The translations under genes and the position numbers were made by a program. From positions 178,250,001-178,314,000 of the forward strand of contig OZ024743.1 of NCBI GenBank assembly GCA_964016885.1: a DNA stretch of 64,000 nt, read 5' to 3'. Position 1 is the first letter of the stretch; every line of letters begins with the position of its first letter. Positions 11,948 to 24,905 of this stretch are shown here, piece by piece. The stretch is from Eledone cirrhosa (taxonomy: Eukaryota). Under the pieces are notes generated by a model. That model searched no databases. It was not told where the DNA came from and saw only the letters and a program-made list of their open reading frames with translations.

Positions 11948-11950
<3 letters not shown>
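10164..11950 (+). mobile_element. 5'-truncated, decayed Tx1/L1-clade LINE related to 164-5904
   Basis: Starts at GYLS in RT (GCPLS, YADD), has stops and a frameshift, ends GPSLYINL*; 3'UTR ends TGGCAAATAAAGA; (TA)n on both flanks. Confidence 0.92.
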
Positions 11951-12014
<64 letters not shown>

Positions 12015-12480
12015 CATATACATATACATATATATGTATATATACATATACATATACATATATATTGATGTATGTATGTGTATATACATATATATATGTG
12101 TGTGTATATGTATATCTCAGTGGATGCGACCAGATTTCGACACACCAACAACTACAACAACAACAGCAGCAACACCAACAACAACAACGGCAACAACACC
12201 ATTGTCTGTGTTGAATGTGTGTGTATGTGTGTATTTGTATATATGCGACTGCAATAACAGCATCAACACCATTGTCTGCAGCAACAGTGAAATGAAGAAC
12301 AACAACAGCGGCAGCAGCAACAACAACAACAACAACAACAGCAACAGCAGCAGCAACTACAATAACAACTACAGCAGCAACAACTGCCACCACCACCACA
12401 CTGACACCATCGACCACCATTTACCACCACCACCACCATTACCAGCGTAAAGCAAACAAACAATAATTATTATTATTATA
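11951..12480. repeat. Compound microsatellite (TA)n, (TACATA)n, (CAA/CAG)n, (CAC)n
   Basis: Directly visible. Confidence 0.95.
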
Positions 12481-12789
12481 TACAAGCTGAACTGGACTGG
12501 GAAAGGTCAACAGTTGACATAATATTGATTTTGATTTTGTATTTGTATCAGTGCTGGCGGTAATATATATATATGTGTGTTTGTGAGTGGTGTGTGTGTT
12601 TGTATGCATGAATGAGTGTTGGTATGTGAGTGGTGTGTGTGTGGTTGTGGTTTGTATGCATGAGTGTTGGTGTGTGAGTGTGTGTGCGTCGTGTCAATAA
12701 GTTTTTTTTTTGTTTTTTTTTTAATGACGATGCTGTAAAATGGAGGGGTAGAGAGGGCCCTTGAGTCTAGTAAGACATCTTCTCTAGTG

Positions 12790-14825
12790 CTGGTGGCACA
12801 AATAAAAGCACCCAGTCCATGCTGTAAAGTGGCGCTGGTGTTAGGAAGGGCATCCAACCAGTGTATCAATGCCAAAACGCTTATCAGCACAGCTACAAAT
12901 AGGAAGAACAACAAAATATGAAGACGTCGCATCTCAGAGTTGCAACACTTAATGTTGGCACTCTCAGAGGTAGATCTGCTGAAATAGTGGAGATGCTGGA
13001 GAGAAAGTAGGTGGATGTGTGCTGCGTGCAAGAGGTGAGATGGAGAGGTGCCTCTGCGAGACTAGTCTTAGGCAAACGTCTTAGCTATAAGCTATTCTGG
13101 GTAGGTAAGGATGATGGGTTAGGGGTAGTAGGCATTTTCCTGGCTGAGAAATGGATCAATAAGACAATAGAGGTAGTTCGAGTTAGTAATCGAATAATTA
13201 AGCTTAGATTAGTTGTAGGCAGGAGACTACTGACAATCATCTCGGCCTATGCTCCCCAAGCAGGCCTAGGCAAAGATGAGAAAGACTGCTTTTATGAGCA
13301 ACTTTTACAAACAACCGCAATGACAGAAGACGGAGACATTGTTATGCTAGCAGGAGACTTCAATGGTCATGTTGGACAGCTCCAGGATGGTTACACTGGG
13401 GTACATGGTGGGCACGGTTACGGTTCAAGAAATGAAGGAGTGAGACTTCTTGGATTTTGTGATGCAGGTACATTGACTATTTGCAACACAAACTTCCAGA
13501 AACCTGCCAATCACCTGATAACCTACAAATCTGGTGAGCACATAAGCCAGATTGACTTCTTACTAGTTAGGCAGCGGGACAGGCAGATGATGTCAAATAC
13601 CAAGGCATACCCTGGGGAAGAATGTACCCCACAGCATAGGTTAGTTGTTAGTGATATCTCAGTAAGCAAGAGATGGAATGAGACATATAGGAAGGTGTGG
13701 AGAAGAAAGGTCTGGAAGCTAAAAGACCTTTCACTAAAATACAAATTTAGGAAAGCCCTTCAAGATGTATATGACGAAAAATAAGACAATTTAGAGACGT
13801 ATGACATAGATAATAACTGGAATTTCTTACGTGACAACTTGCTGCAGGCTACAGATGAAACTTGTGGCTGGAGCAGAGCTCCAACCAGACAGAGAGTGAC
13901 CTGGTGGTGGAACAGCACAGTAGATAAGGCTATTAGAGACAAAAGACTAGCATGGAAGGCTTGGAAAAAGGGTGGGAGTAGGGAAGAATATACAGCCACT
14001 AAGAGAGAAGCTAGACGTCAGGTGTACTTAGCATGCAGGGAGGCAGAGAGTAGGAGGTTTGCCAATGTTCTGCGACGGGAAGATCAAAGGCGTGCGGTGT
14101 TCCACGTTGCAAGGCAGTGTGTCAATGCAAATCAGGATGTTGTTGGAGATAAATGTGTCCAGAATGATGCCGGTGTACTTAGTGTCACGAATGATCAGAA
14201 AAGGGAGGCCTGGAAATGTCATTATGAGAGACTGATGAATGTGGAGAACAAATGGGAGAGAGAGAAATTACTCTTGATAGATCCGACAGAGGGACCAGCT
14301 ATTGAGATTGACGAATATAGGGTCCAAGAGGCGATTAGGGAAATGAAAAATGGTAAGGCTGCCGGACCATCGGGAATAGTTTCTGAGATGCTGAAGGCAT
14401 CAGGGGACGTAGGCACTAAACTGGTTGCACGCATCATCAATCAGGCTATATATGGTGGTGTCATACCCAAAGACTGGTGCAGCAATATTCTCATAAATTG
14501 CTACAAAGGTAAAGGGGATGCTCTGGAGAGGAGCAATTATAGGGGTATAAAACTGATGGATCAGGTTATGAAAGTGTCAGAAAGGATTTTAGCACAACTA
14601 ATTAGAGAAAGAGTCAAACTAGATGAGATGCAGTTTGGTTTTGTGCCTGGGAAGAATACAACAGATGCTTTCTTCTTGGTGAGACAATTGCAAGAGAGGT
14701 TCTTAGAGAAGAATAAGCCACTATACTTAGCCTTTGTTGACCTAGAGAAGGTCTTTGATAGGGTACCCCGATCTGTCATCTGGTGGTCCCTAAGGAAGCT
14801 AGGTGTTGAGGAATGGCTTGTGAGG
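12790..14825 (+). mobile_element. 3'-truncated RTE-clade LINE (APE plus N-terminal RT), pseudogenised
   Basis: ATG 12918 MKTSHLRVATLNVGTL, GDFNGHVG, QHRLV, YRGIKL, FVDLEKVFDRVP; in-frame stops at 13008 and 13782; cut off by a fold-back at 14826. Confidence 0.92.
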
Positions 14826-15329
14826 ACATGTGACAGATAATACAAGAGAATAGTCTAATAATTAAATAATAATAATTAATTATTAGACTATTCTCTTGTA
14901 TTATCTGTCGCATGTATTCCACTCTGTGCCTTTAATTTTAACTTTAACTTTAACTTGAATTTGAATTATTGTACAATTCCGTATAATATATATCACATGC
15001 ATTACACCCTATATATACTAAACTGTTGTTCACAACATCAATATATATGTATCTATATGATTATTCAGTTAAATAGGTTAATTATATGTACAAACATTGA
15101 TAATGCTCTGATGACTCCAAACTAAAATTTGGAAGAAACAATTGTCAGCGATTAAATGATTTAAACATAACTTTGATACTTGTGTAATCTATATTACTGC
15201 TCTGTAAAATAACTGATGTTCTTACATTGAGCTATTTCTCTTACTGGTAATAAGGTAGTAATAAATTACTGACCTTCCCGGTTTATAGTTGTTTACATTA
15301 TAGTATATACATAACTATAAATAGTATCT

Positions 15330-15335
<6 letters not shown>
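14826..15335 (+). mobile_element. Non-coding Penelope/retrozyme-like element with fold-back 5' end and hammerhead
   Basis: 40-bp inverted repeat 14826-14915, hammerhead 15101-15154, conserved hairpin 15199-15232, ends in (TA)n; 3' part recurs at 17171-17320. Confidence 0.65.
15101..15154 (+). ncRNA. Minimal type-I hammerhead ribozyme
   Basis: (AAT)GCT-CTGATGA-C-TCCAAA/TTTGGA-A-GAAA-C-AATT-G-TC-AGC(G)ATT; GUC cleavage after 15146; palindromic loop III. Confidence 0.8.
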
Positions 15336-15403
<68 letters not shown>

Positions 15404-15413
15404 TATATCATAA

Positions 15414-17157
15414 TCTATAAAGCTCAGTGTATGGACATGCTCCTTTGTTATAGAAATTCTACGATATAGAATTTCTTCAATTGAAATTTACAATTCAGTA
15501 TTCGAAATAGCTTCGATTGCGTCTTGGCACATATAATGTTTTCAATTTCACCCACAATTACGCAAAAAATAGATAAAACTCAATATTTTACGATTTTTAC
15601 TCTCTCATTTAAACTGCTAAACTCTTTCCATTACCATTCAAAATCTATACAACTTCATACTTTCTGCTACTTTCTCTTTCCAAGCTTGATGGTGATACTT
15701 TCCGTTTTACTCTCTCATATCATCTGCTACCCTCTATCTACAAACCACACATTTTGCTACTTTCTCTTTTATACTTCAAACTTACTGATTTATTTCCAAA
15801 CGCATACAAACACACACTCACTTCAAATGATAAAAAAACATTTAAAGCAATTAAACAACGTGCGTGATTTATAACCACACTAACTTTTAGTTGCTTTAAA
15901 CTTAATGATTTATTTACAAACACATACAAACACACACTCACATAAATTGATAAAAAAAAATGTAAAGCAATTAAACAACGTTGGGATTTATAACCACAAA
16001 TACACGACTATTCATTAATGTCATTTCTTACACTCACTTCAAATGATAAAAAAATATTTAAAGCAATTAAACAACGTGCGTGATTGCCGGAGAGAGAGAA
16101 GAGAGTGAGAGGGAGAGAGAGAACGTTTATTATTACATAAAGTACCAGTAATGTACTGGATAATTGCTGGCCTTGTGCCAAAAAAAGTAGAAACAATTAT
16201 TACATTTCATACGAAACGACAATTATTCAAAAGCAACAGATACATTTATTCAACAACAAGCGATAAATCTTTTTTAAAACCTCTCAACGAACGTGGATTC
16301 TTACAGACTTTGAGTCGAATCGGTTTGAAATTGTGCAAATGTATAAACATGGAACATGTGCACACACACAACAACAACAATCTGCCTTTTATAGATAATG
16401 ATAAACAATAATATCCTCTATGAGGTCACTAAACCTGCTAGAAACAGCAGCTAACTCTCCCCCATACCACACCCCTCCCTACTGTCTTAAATTTAGAAAA
16501 CATATCTTCTATGAGGTGACTAAACCTGCTAGAAACAGCAGCTAACTCTCCCCCATATCACACCACTCCATACTGTCTTAAATTTAGAAAACACATATCC
16601 TCTATGAGGTTACTAAACCTGCTAGAAACAGCAGCTAACTCTCCCCCCTATCACACCCCTCCCTACTGTCTTAAATTTAGAAAGCATATCTTCTATGAGG
16701 TCACTAAACCTGCTAGAAACAGCAGCTAACTCTCCCCCATATCACACCACTCCCTACTGTTTTAAATTTAGAAAACACATATCCTCTATGAGGTCACTAA
16801 ACTGCTAGAAACAACAGCTAACTCTCCCTCATATCACAACCCTCCCTACTGTCTTAAATTTAGAAAACACACAGACAACCATGCAGAACAACTCCATCGC
16901 AGCTCTGTTGTTCGGCTGGCATCGTCTACACGCGTGTTGCGCAAGTACTCTGAAACAATAAATTTCAACACTTTTTTGCACAGAGATAATATCCATAGAC
17001 GAAACTACAATTGTCACTGCTGGCGCAGCTCCTACTTCCAGGTCTGCAATTCATTCATCCAGTGCCTGGCAGACAAAATAGTGCTGCCATAAAATGGGTG
17101 GTGCAACCTAACTTTGGTAACTTAATGACCCCGAGCAACGCCGGGCTTTAATGCTAG
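15414..17157 (+). mobile_element. Non-autonomous Helitron
   Basis: A|TC start; 3' hairpin CCCGAGCAACGCCGGG then CTAG|T; internal tandem repeats. Confidence 0.8.
16411..16870 (+). repeat. Tandem array of five ~92-bp units
   Basis: ATATCCTCTATGAGGTCACTAAACCTGCTAGAAACAGCAGCTAACTCTCCC...CTACTGTCTTAAATTTAGAAAAC at 16411, 16502, 16595, 16687, 16779. Confidence 0.92.
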
Positions 17158-17316
17158 TATATATATATAATTGCTCTGTAGAACAACTGATGTTATTACA
17201 TTGAGCTATTTATCTTACTGGTAATAAGGTAGTAATAAATTACTGTCTTTCACTGTTTAGGGTTTAACTATAAAAGGTTTTAGTATATACATAACCATAA
17301 ATAGTATCCTTAATAC

Positions 17317-17368
<52 letters not shown>

Positions 17369-17802
17369 TATGTGTATATATATGTATCATCATCATCATC
17401 TTCGTTTAACGACCATTTTCCACGCTAGTATGGGTTATACATATCAGTAATTGAAAACCAGTGAAAGTATGTCAACAGGATTGTAGTTTTATGTTTGTTA
17501 ATCAGTGTGTATTTAAAGATTATTAACAAAAGAAAGAAAGAAATAGCTACATATTTGAAAATGAGGAAAGAAAATATGTTCACATTATCATCATCATCAT
17601 CATCAATGTCGTTTTAATGTCTGCTTTCCCTGCTTTTATTGTTTATGGTTTCACATTAAATAAGAATGATCAGCAAGACTAAATGGACTAAGTTGAAATG
17701 TTTGAAGTAATAACAACTTAAATTCAACTAATTTGATGTGGTAATTTTAGACATCATCATTATCATCACCATTTAACTTCCATGCTAGCATGGGTTAACA
17801 AT

Positions 17803-18246
17803 TTAGCATTTACATTACTTTATATTTACCATTGTATTTTCACAGTAAAGGCTTCACCTCACATGATATCTCATATTATCTTGAATCTATGTGATTTTGA
17901 TATTATTTATTTTGAGAACAATACCCTAACATAGATATGAGTAGCAAGTTATGGCCAGTTTGAACAGAAAGAGGTAAGAAAATTCTGGCCGGATACGGCC
18001 GGTTTAAATACTAAAGGGTTAACCCTTTAGCATTTACATTACTCTCTATATACTATTGTATTTTCATGATGAAGGCTTTATCTTACATAATTATCTCACA
18101 TAATATTGAATCTATGAGATTTGTATGTTATTTATTTTGAGAACAATACCTTTACATCAGCTGAGTGGCCAGTTACAGCTGGTTTGAACAGAAAGAGGTG
18201 AGAAAATTCTGGCCAGATACGGTCGGTTTAAATACTAAATGGTTAA
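17803..18246 (+). mobile_element. Two tandem piggyBac-like MITEs sharing one TTAA
   Basis: Junction TAAATACTAAAGGG-TTAA-CCCTTTAGCATTTA at 18019-18022. Confidence 0.8.
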
Positions 18247-18519
18247 ATGAGTTGCCCTGTTGTGAGATAAGTTTGAACAGATCACCATGTCTTTCTCATA
18301 GAGGACTTATTTTCAAGCATCATTTTAATAATTTTCTAATGTAATTCAATCTATAAATGTGATTAAATGAAAAAGTGAACTAATAACAATGAATAGAACT
18401 TTCACTCTTCTCAACTTTCCTTATCTTATCAAGTGCATGTGTGCATTGATGTTCTCTTTGCCTCTTACAGAACTGTTTTTGTATCTGAATTTAAAATGTC
18501 AAGGGGCAATTGTAATACA

Positions 18520-18709
18520 TTGGTGGATTGGCAGTATCGGTAGAAGGTCGGACACCATGCTTTGATGCATAGAGTTACGGCCCTTGCCATTCTGAGTTCA
18601 AATCCCGCTGAGGTTAACTTTGCCTTTCATCCTTATGGGGTCAATAAAATAAAGTACCAGTAATGCATTGGGTAATTGCTGGCCTTGTGCCAAAAAGTAG
18701 AAACAATTA
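18520..18709 (+). mobile_element. tRNA-derived SINE (family of 8171)
   Basis: Full-length homology to 8171-8359; short TSD ATACATT. Confidence 0.85.
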
Positions 18710-20627
18710 TACATTACCAATCTCATCTAGATAAGAAAAGTTGATCATAGCTTAAAATATTCATTGAGACTCTTATACATTAACATATTGTATGTCTTCA
18801 TATACATAAATGTATTTATATGTCTTCATATTATCTACGCTATGTTAGTGCTACTGTTAATTAATCTTAACCATGCAAGTTCACATCATCATTATTATTT
18901 CCATCATCATTGTCGTTTTAACGTCTTCTTTCCTTGCTAGCAAGGGTTGGATGGAAAATTATTTTTCTTCTTTGGGGATTGAACTCTTTACACTTTGTGC
19001 TGTTTAAAATTTACACTTGTGTAACATGCAGTTGTACCAAATAACTGCTCCCCCCACAAAAAAAAATAATGTTCTCTTTCTCTGTGTATTTCTCTCTCAA
19101 TAACAATAACAACAACAACCTGTCATTATAGTGAAAGTCTTATTTAAATCTGTATTGCATTGTCTATATGTTGCAGAACATACAGAAACACACACAGACA
19201 ACCAATAAAAAAAAAACCTCTGTATTCTTTTCATTTGTTTACACATTATGTTTTAGTTAGTTAGAGAGGGGGGGGGGGGGGGTGAATGAAAGGTGGAGTA
19301 TTATTTTTATAGTTACTATAATATATATATAAAAATGAGAAAACTCATCACTAGAACAGCCATTAAAGCAGCCAAATGCTGTTAAAAACTGCAATGAGCA
19401 AAAATACCTCAGATGACAGAGATCAGTGGCTGATATTGAGACAATCCATGAGGTGAGTGATGGGCAGACGAAATATAGAAAATATTGAAAGAGGAGGAGG
19501 ACAAGGAGAAGTGTGTAGGCGCTTAAAAGTGACTGGAAGGAGAAAATAAAGAAAGGCGAAAGTTCACATACACACACATCTTCACCCTCATTAGTTCTCA
19601 AATAAGCAAAATGGTTTCACATGGTTTAATTGAGAGTACCGTTTTTAAATGCTGGATCATGCAACAGAAAAATAAATCACTCTGCTGGTATGATGTGTGT
19701 GTGATAAAACAAACAGCACAGAAGGAAGGATGAAAGGAGACACGGAAAAGAAAACAACAGGATAGTGGACCTGAAGCTACGGTGTCTCTTCTAAATAGAA
19801 AGCTAATCATAGTTATGAAAAAACATATTGTTGTCTCTAATCAAGACAAAATGAGAGTGTATTTGAATATATATAAAAATTAGAAAATTCATCATTAGAA
19901 CAGCCGTTAAAACAGCCAAAAGCTGTCAAAGACTGCACTGGGAAAAAATGCCTCAAAGTACAGTGACCTGTGGCCAGTGGTTGGCAGAGAGAGACAATGC
20001 TTTAGAACCGCTGTATTTCAGTACGGTGTCCCTAAAGACTTCCTCAGGAGTTATGGGACCACACATGCATGTAAAGTATTTTACAAAATACTAATGATGA
20101 ATATATCAAAACTCTGTCTAATTTTCTGGCTAAAACAGTTTTAGTAATTTTATAAGAAGTTGGAATCATGGAATTGTTTTGTTAATTATGTCCTCCTTAA
20201 TGTAAGGTTTGAAATTTTCACCAAGAGTATTCTATGTAATTTACTTGGCTGTGTTATTAATGACAATATCAACTTAAAACTGAATTATGATTTTACAATG
20301 TGTAAGACAGACTGCTGGGGAATAATAACATATTTTGATTCTGCTGAAGTAATATCAAGGGGAAATTATTTTTAATTTTGATTCAGATAATTTCTCTCAA
20401 ATTGAATTTTTTCAATCAAGGAAAAGTAATTTAATTTCTTCCATTATTCTCTATTCCTTATTCTCTCTTTGTAAATCTTTAACTTGTAATAGAAAATATT
20501 CTGTTGAAATTAGGTAATTATTTATTTGAAAATGATATATTTAAATAACAATAATTTGATATCAGATCATTCATATTTTGATAGAAGTTCTATTGGCCCC
20601 AGAGATTAATATTTAGTTGATTAATCA

Positions 20628-21000
20628 GCAGAAAGGCCTATCTTCACAGCTATAAATAGCACTAACGCACCAGCATGACAGCAAACATTACAAAGTTAGA
20701 CTTCCAAAAGAAAGGTCTAACTTCACAGCTACAAATAGCAATAACACCCCAGCATGACAGCAAACATTACAAGGTTAGACTTCAAACTGAAAGGTCTAAC
20801 TTCACAGCCACAAATAGCATTAACATGACAGCAAACATTACAAGGTTAAACTTTCAACAGAAAGGTCTAACTTCACAACTAAAATAGCACTAAAATGACA
20901 GCAAACATTACAAGGTTAGACTTTCAACAGAAAGGTCTAACTTCACAACTACAAATAGCACTAACACATCTCAGCAAACATTACAAGGTTAGACTTTTCA
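20628..21000 (+). repeat. Tandem array of ~5 units of 70-79 bp with an internal hairpin
   Basis: ATGACAGCAAACATTACAAGGTTAGACTT..AAAGGTCTAACTTCACAGCTACAAATAGCA at 20675, 20754, 20825, 20895. Confidence 0.9.
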
Positions 21001-21289
21001 ATTTCACTCACAAGATACTTCAAACTGGGATTAAACATGGGAATCTTGTGTCTGTAGAGCAAACAGGAAAATCACTCAGCCAATGTTGTGGGTTCGAATC
21101 CTGAAGTCTTGAACTCTGTCACTTCACACCCTGAAACCAGGATAAGCACCAACCTGATGAGCCTCCTGGCTTCAGACAGATTTTAGACTTTAGAAGCAGT
21201 TGAATAAACAAAAAAAGAGTACAAAAGGAGTTCAAAATTACATCTTCAAGAAAATACCTCATATTCATTCACCTTCGGTGATCATAACC

Positions 21290-21960
21290 TTGGCCAAGAT
21301 GTGTTGCTGTACTCAGACAATATCCATCAATCATTGTTTTCGACCCTCAACCATAACAACCTTTTACTGGTGGGTCAGAAGTAGTCACCAAATTACTGCC
21401 CATCTTGGCCTCCTAGCTTCAGCTTATCTCCAAAGCCAATAAAAGACATCTTCTGCTGCCTCCCCATTTTGCGAACTGTAGCCTGCTTCTCAATTCCTGT
21501 AATTCCAAAGGCAGTGAGCATTTTCCATACCAAGTGAGCCGGAAATCCTCTGTAACCCCCCTTGACAGGAAATAACCATGACTGCCAACCTTTCTCCCTA
21601 AACTCATGCACAAGTTCTTGATACTTGGCACCCTTTCACTCAATGGTGTTACTGTACTCTTCTTCCCATGGGACTGCAAGTTAAATCAGGATTATCTTTT
21701 TTATCCTTTCAGACCAAATGACTATATCTGGACCGAGGGATGTTTGAATAACCTGGGGAACTGCAACCTACTTCCCAAACCAACCCTTATATCTCATGTC
21801 ATGATTGGGCCCTTTGTAGTAGACCGCATGCAATTCTAATTGTCATAGATGGCTTCTCTCCCTCTTTCACAAACCTGATTGATGGTGTTGGTTTCCTCTG
21901 TGTTTTGTGTTCCTTGCATCTAAATAGCTCATCATCCTCCTCCCTTCACCCTCCATTTAT
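21290..21960 (-). pseudogene. HERO/R2-group LINE remnant (restriction-like endonuclease)
   Basis: PDIVIWSERIKKIILI*LAVPWEE...KGAKYQELV...GWQSWLFPVKGGYRGF. Confidence 0.8.
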
Positions 21961-22389
21961 TCTGTAGCCCCAGAGTCCTTGCTTTTCTTCTCATATTTGG
22001 CTTTTATATTCTTTTCCTCTACTTTCCCATACAGCCAGATCTGTTCTTCCTTACCCCTTTCCCATTTTCTCATTATGTAATTTTGCTTTACTCTTTCTTT
22101 CTCATATTTAATTCACAATGGGATTTGGTTTTCATGATGCTATTACATGTCTGTATGTAGTTTAGTATCAATAGTAACAGTTTGCTGTTGCAAGCTGCAA
22201 GTATATGTTGCCATTTAAAATTTTCGTTTTTTGCCAAAACCACTTCATTACTTTGTATTCATGAGTGCTGCTAAAACATTTGTATGTACATTGTATGTTT
22301 CTAAATTTAAGTAACAAATTTTTCTGCAATAAATTTTATTAAATGACTTTAATTAGTTGTAATGTGCACAGTTGTTGTGTGCAGCCCTC

Positions 22390-22600
22390 AGACATCACAT
22401 ATGTCAATGACATCTTGCGTAGTTTCCCAGTCCACTCCAATCCTCTGGATATCTTCTTTGAAAGTTGAGCACCAGGTTTTCTTGGGTCTCCCTTTTTCCA
22501 TTTGTCACTGACTGGAATCTCATTGCCAAAGGAGGTTCCGTTACTCAGACATGTGCAGAATGTGTCCAGCCAGTTTCAGACACCATTCATCTACTACTAT
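22390..22600 (-). mobile_element. RTE-type LINE 3' fragment
   Basis: LKLAGHILHMSE...GRPKKTWCSTFKED. Confidence 0.65.
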
Positions 22601-24211
22601 CATCAGTAAATTCTAAAGAAGCCATTGGTTGGTGTTAGGAAGAGGATCTAGCTATAGGAATTATGTTGAATATGGCATATAATCAACAAGATTGGTCACT
22701 CCAACCACTCGGGTATTGGACTGTGATAATCTGTCCATCTAATGCCAGCAAGCAAAAGAATGACGATGATGATGATGGTGGTGGTGGTGGTTCTGGTAGT
22801 GGTTGTGGCGGTAGTGGTGGTGGTAATTGTGTTGGTTGTGGTGGTGGTGGTGGTGGTGGTGGTGGTGGTTGTGCTGATGATGGAAGTTGTGGTGGTGATT
22901 GAGGGGGGGGGTGACGATGGCTGTGTTGATAGTGGTGGTCTAAAACTCTAGAGTGACTCACTATTTAGCTTTAATAAATATATATATAGCTAATATGTAT
23001 TCTTTTATTCATGAAGGCGTAATTCTGATGACATTTATTAAAAGATTCACAATTGTGAGATTGCAAGTTCAATTCCCAAACTGGGTGATGTTCTTAAGCA
23101 AGACACTTTATTCTCAGATTGCTCCTTCTGCCAAGAATTGCATCCAGTAGATAGTATCAGTAATAGAAAGACCAATAGAAACATTGTATCCTTGGTCTGA
23201 TTTGATGAATTCCACCCCACTCAGTAACCAAATGAAGCCTGGGATCTTGTCTATCTATCAGATATATATATATAATACTTGCTGGCACCATACAATAAAA
23301 AGTGACAGCTAATTGTAGTATTTTATATATAAAAATGGTACAAAACAAAGGTTTTAGTTTAATAATTCTTTTATTACAAATTTTTTTGTGAAAAACCTAT
23401 TTGCAAGTAACATAGATAACCAAGATAATATCTTGGTATACATATGTAAACATTTATATGTATGAGTATATAGATATGAACACACATACACTCACGCAAG
23501 TATAAATATATTTACACAAACACTCATACCCACACACATACACAAGTATAAATATTTTCACACAAACACTCATATATGCACACACATGCAGTCACACATT
23601 AATACTAGCCAATTCGCTAGATATATACTCAAACAAGTGTAATGCATCTTAGAACACTAGTCGGGAGGGTCTATAGTTGTCACCCCCCACCCCCAGCCCC
23701 TTCTTCCTCAGTCATCTCCCTTTCAGTGAGTGATGACAAATTTATAAATAAATGAATATACACACATTCGTTATTATTATAGTTGATTCTTAAAACACTG
23801 TTTAGCCCTACATGTACGAGGTTTCTAGTTAATAATTCTGAGATATGCATAAACATAACAGGATCTTAGACATAATTTTGAATAATTTATATGAGAAATC
23901 AATGTTTACATATAACCTTATAGACAATATTTCACCTCACAATAAGCTGGGTCAGTCATCTGTTTCTGATTTCCATGTGAATCAATTCCTATGGATGGTT
24001 TGCTAACATCATAAATCTATATTTAGGTATGAATTCAATATTTATATATTTCATCTTATTTATATTCAAAATTCAAAATTATTATATTTGGTAGGGATTG
24101 AAAATTAATATATATTCTGCATTATATCATAATCTCTAGAAATCTGGATCTATGTAGGAATTTAAAATGTTTATTCATTGCATGTTTTATGATATACAAC
24201 ATCACCACTGG

Positions 24212-24490
24212 CTGCCACATGGCCTAACAATTAGGGCGTTGGATTTACAATCATAATGTCAGCAGTTCATTTCCTAGACAGGGTGCTGCATTGTATTCTT
24301 GAACAAAACATTTTATTTCACATTGCTTCGGTACACTCATCTGACTGTGAGTATTAGCAGTAGGTGGGGAGTTAATTCTGCAATAGACTGGCATCCTGTC
24401 CAGGGAGAGTCTTGTATTCTCAGTGGCTTAATGCCAAGAAATAGGGATTATCATTGACCTGATACGCCTTTGACTTAGAACAGACCATGC
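24212..24490 (+). mobile_element. tRNA-derived SINE, second family (Meta/V-domain-like)
   Basis: TGGCCTAACAATTAGGGCG head; ATAGACTGGCATCCTGTCCAGGG core; related copies near 29300-29460, 39155-39290, 40420-40550, 47100-47341. Confidence 0.7.
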
Positions 24491-24712
24491 ACACTTATGT
24501 TGGTGTATGTGCCACACCACACCACATCACACTACACCCTACCACTATACCACCACATTACACCTCCACACCACACTACACCACACCCTAACCCTAACCC
24601 TAATTGGAGTCTTTTCTGTTTAAGTCTGAGTGATATTGGACACAGACTTCTATAGATTGTTTATCTGTTTGGATGTGACCAAGCAGCTCAGATTCTTCAC
24701 TCTTCTGAGTAA

Positions 24713-24905
24713 TAATTGTTTCTACTTTTGGCACAAGACCAGCAATTAGCCCAGTGCATTACTGGTACTTTATTTTATCGACCCCGTAAGGATGAAAGGC
24801 AAAATTAACCTCAGCGAGATTTGAACTCAGAACGTAAAGGGACATAACTCTATGCTGCAAAGCATGGCATCCAACCCTCTAGTAATACTGCCAATTCACT
24901 GCCCC
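24713..24905 (-). mobile_element. tRNA-derived SINE (family of 8171)
   Basis: Reverse-complement homology to 8171-8359. Confidence 0.85.

Noticed and set aside
11868-12463. ORFs of YI/CV/poly-N/T/V type (also 5246-5639, 22663-22961, 43816-44236)
   Set aside because: Translations of microsatellites or antisense frames of TE genes, not real proteins
20628-21000. CRISPR-like palindromic repeats
   Set aside because: The intervening sequence is itself repeated and the context is eukaryotic; it is a minisatellite
21156-21185. Hammerhead at CTGATGAGCC..GGC
   Set aside because: No GAAA after stem II; it matches the SINE tail that formed the 68-bp satellite
24586-24603. Interstitial telomere (CCCTAA)3
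   Set aside because: Only three units at the end of a CA-rich microsatellite; not significant
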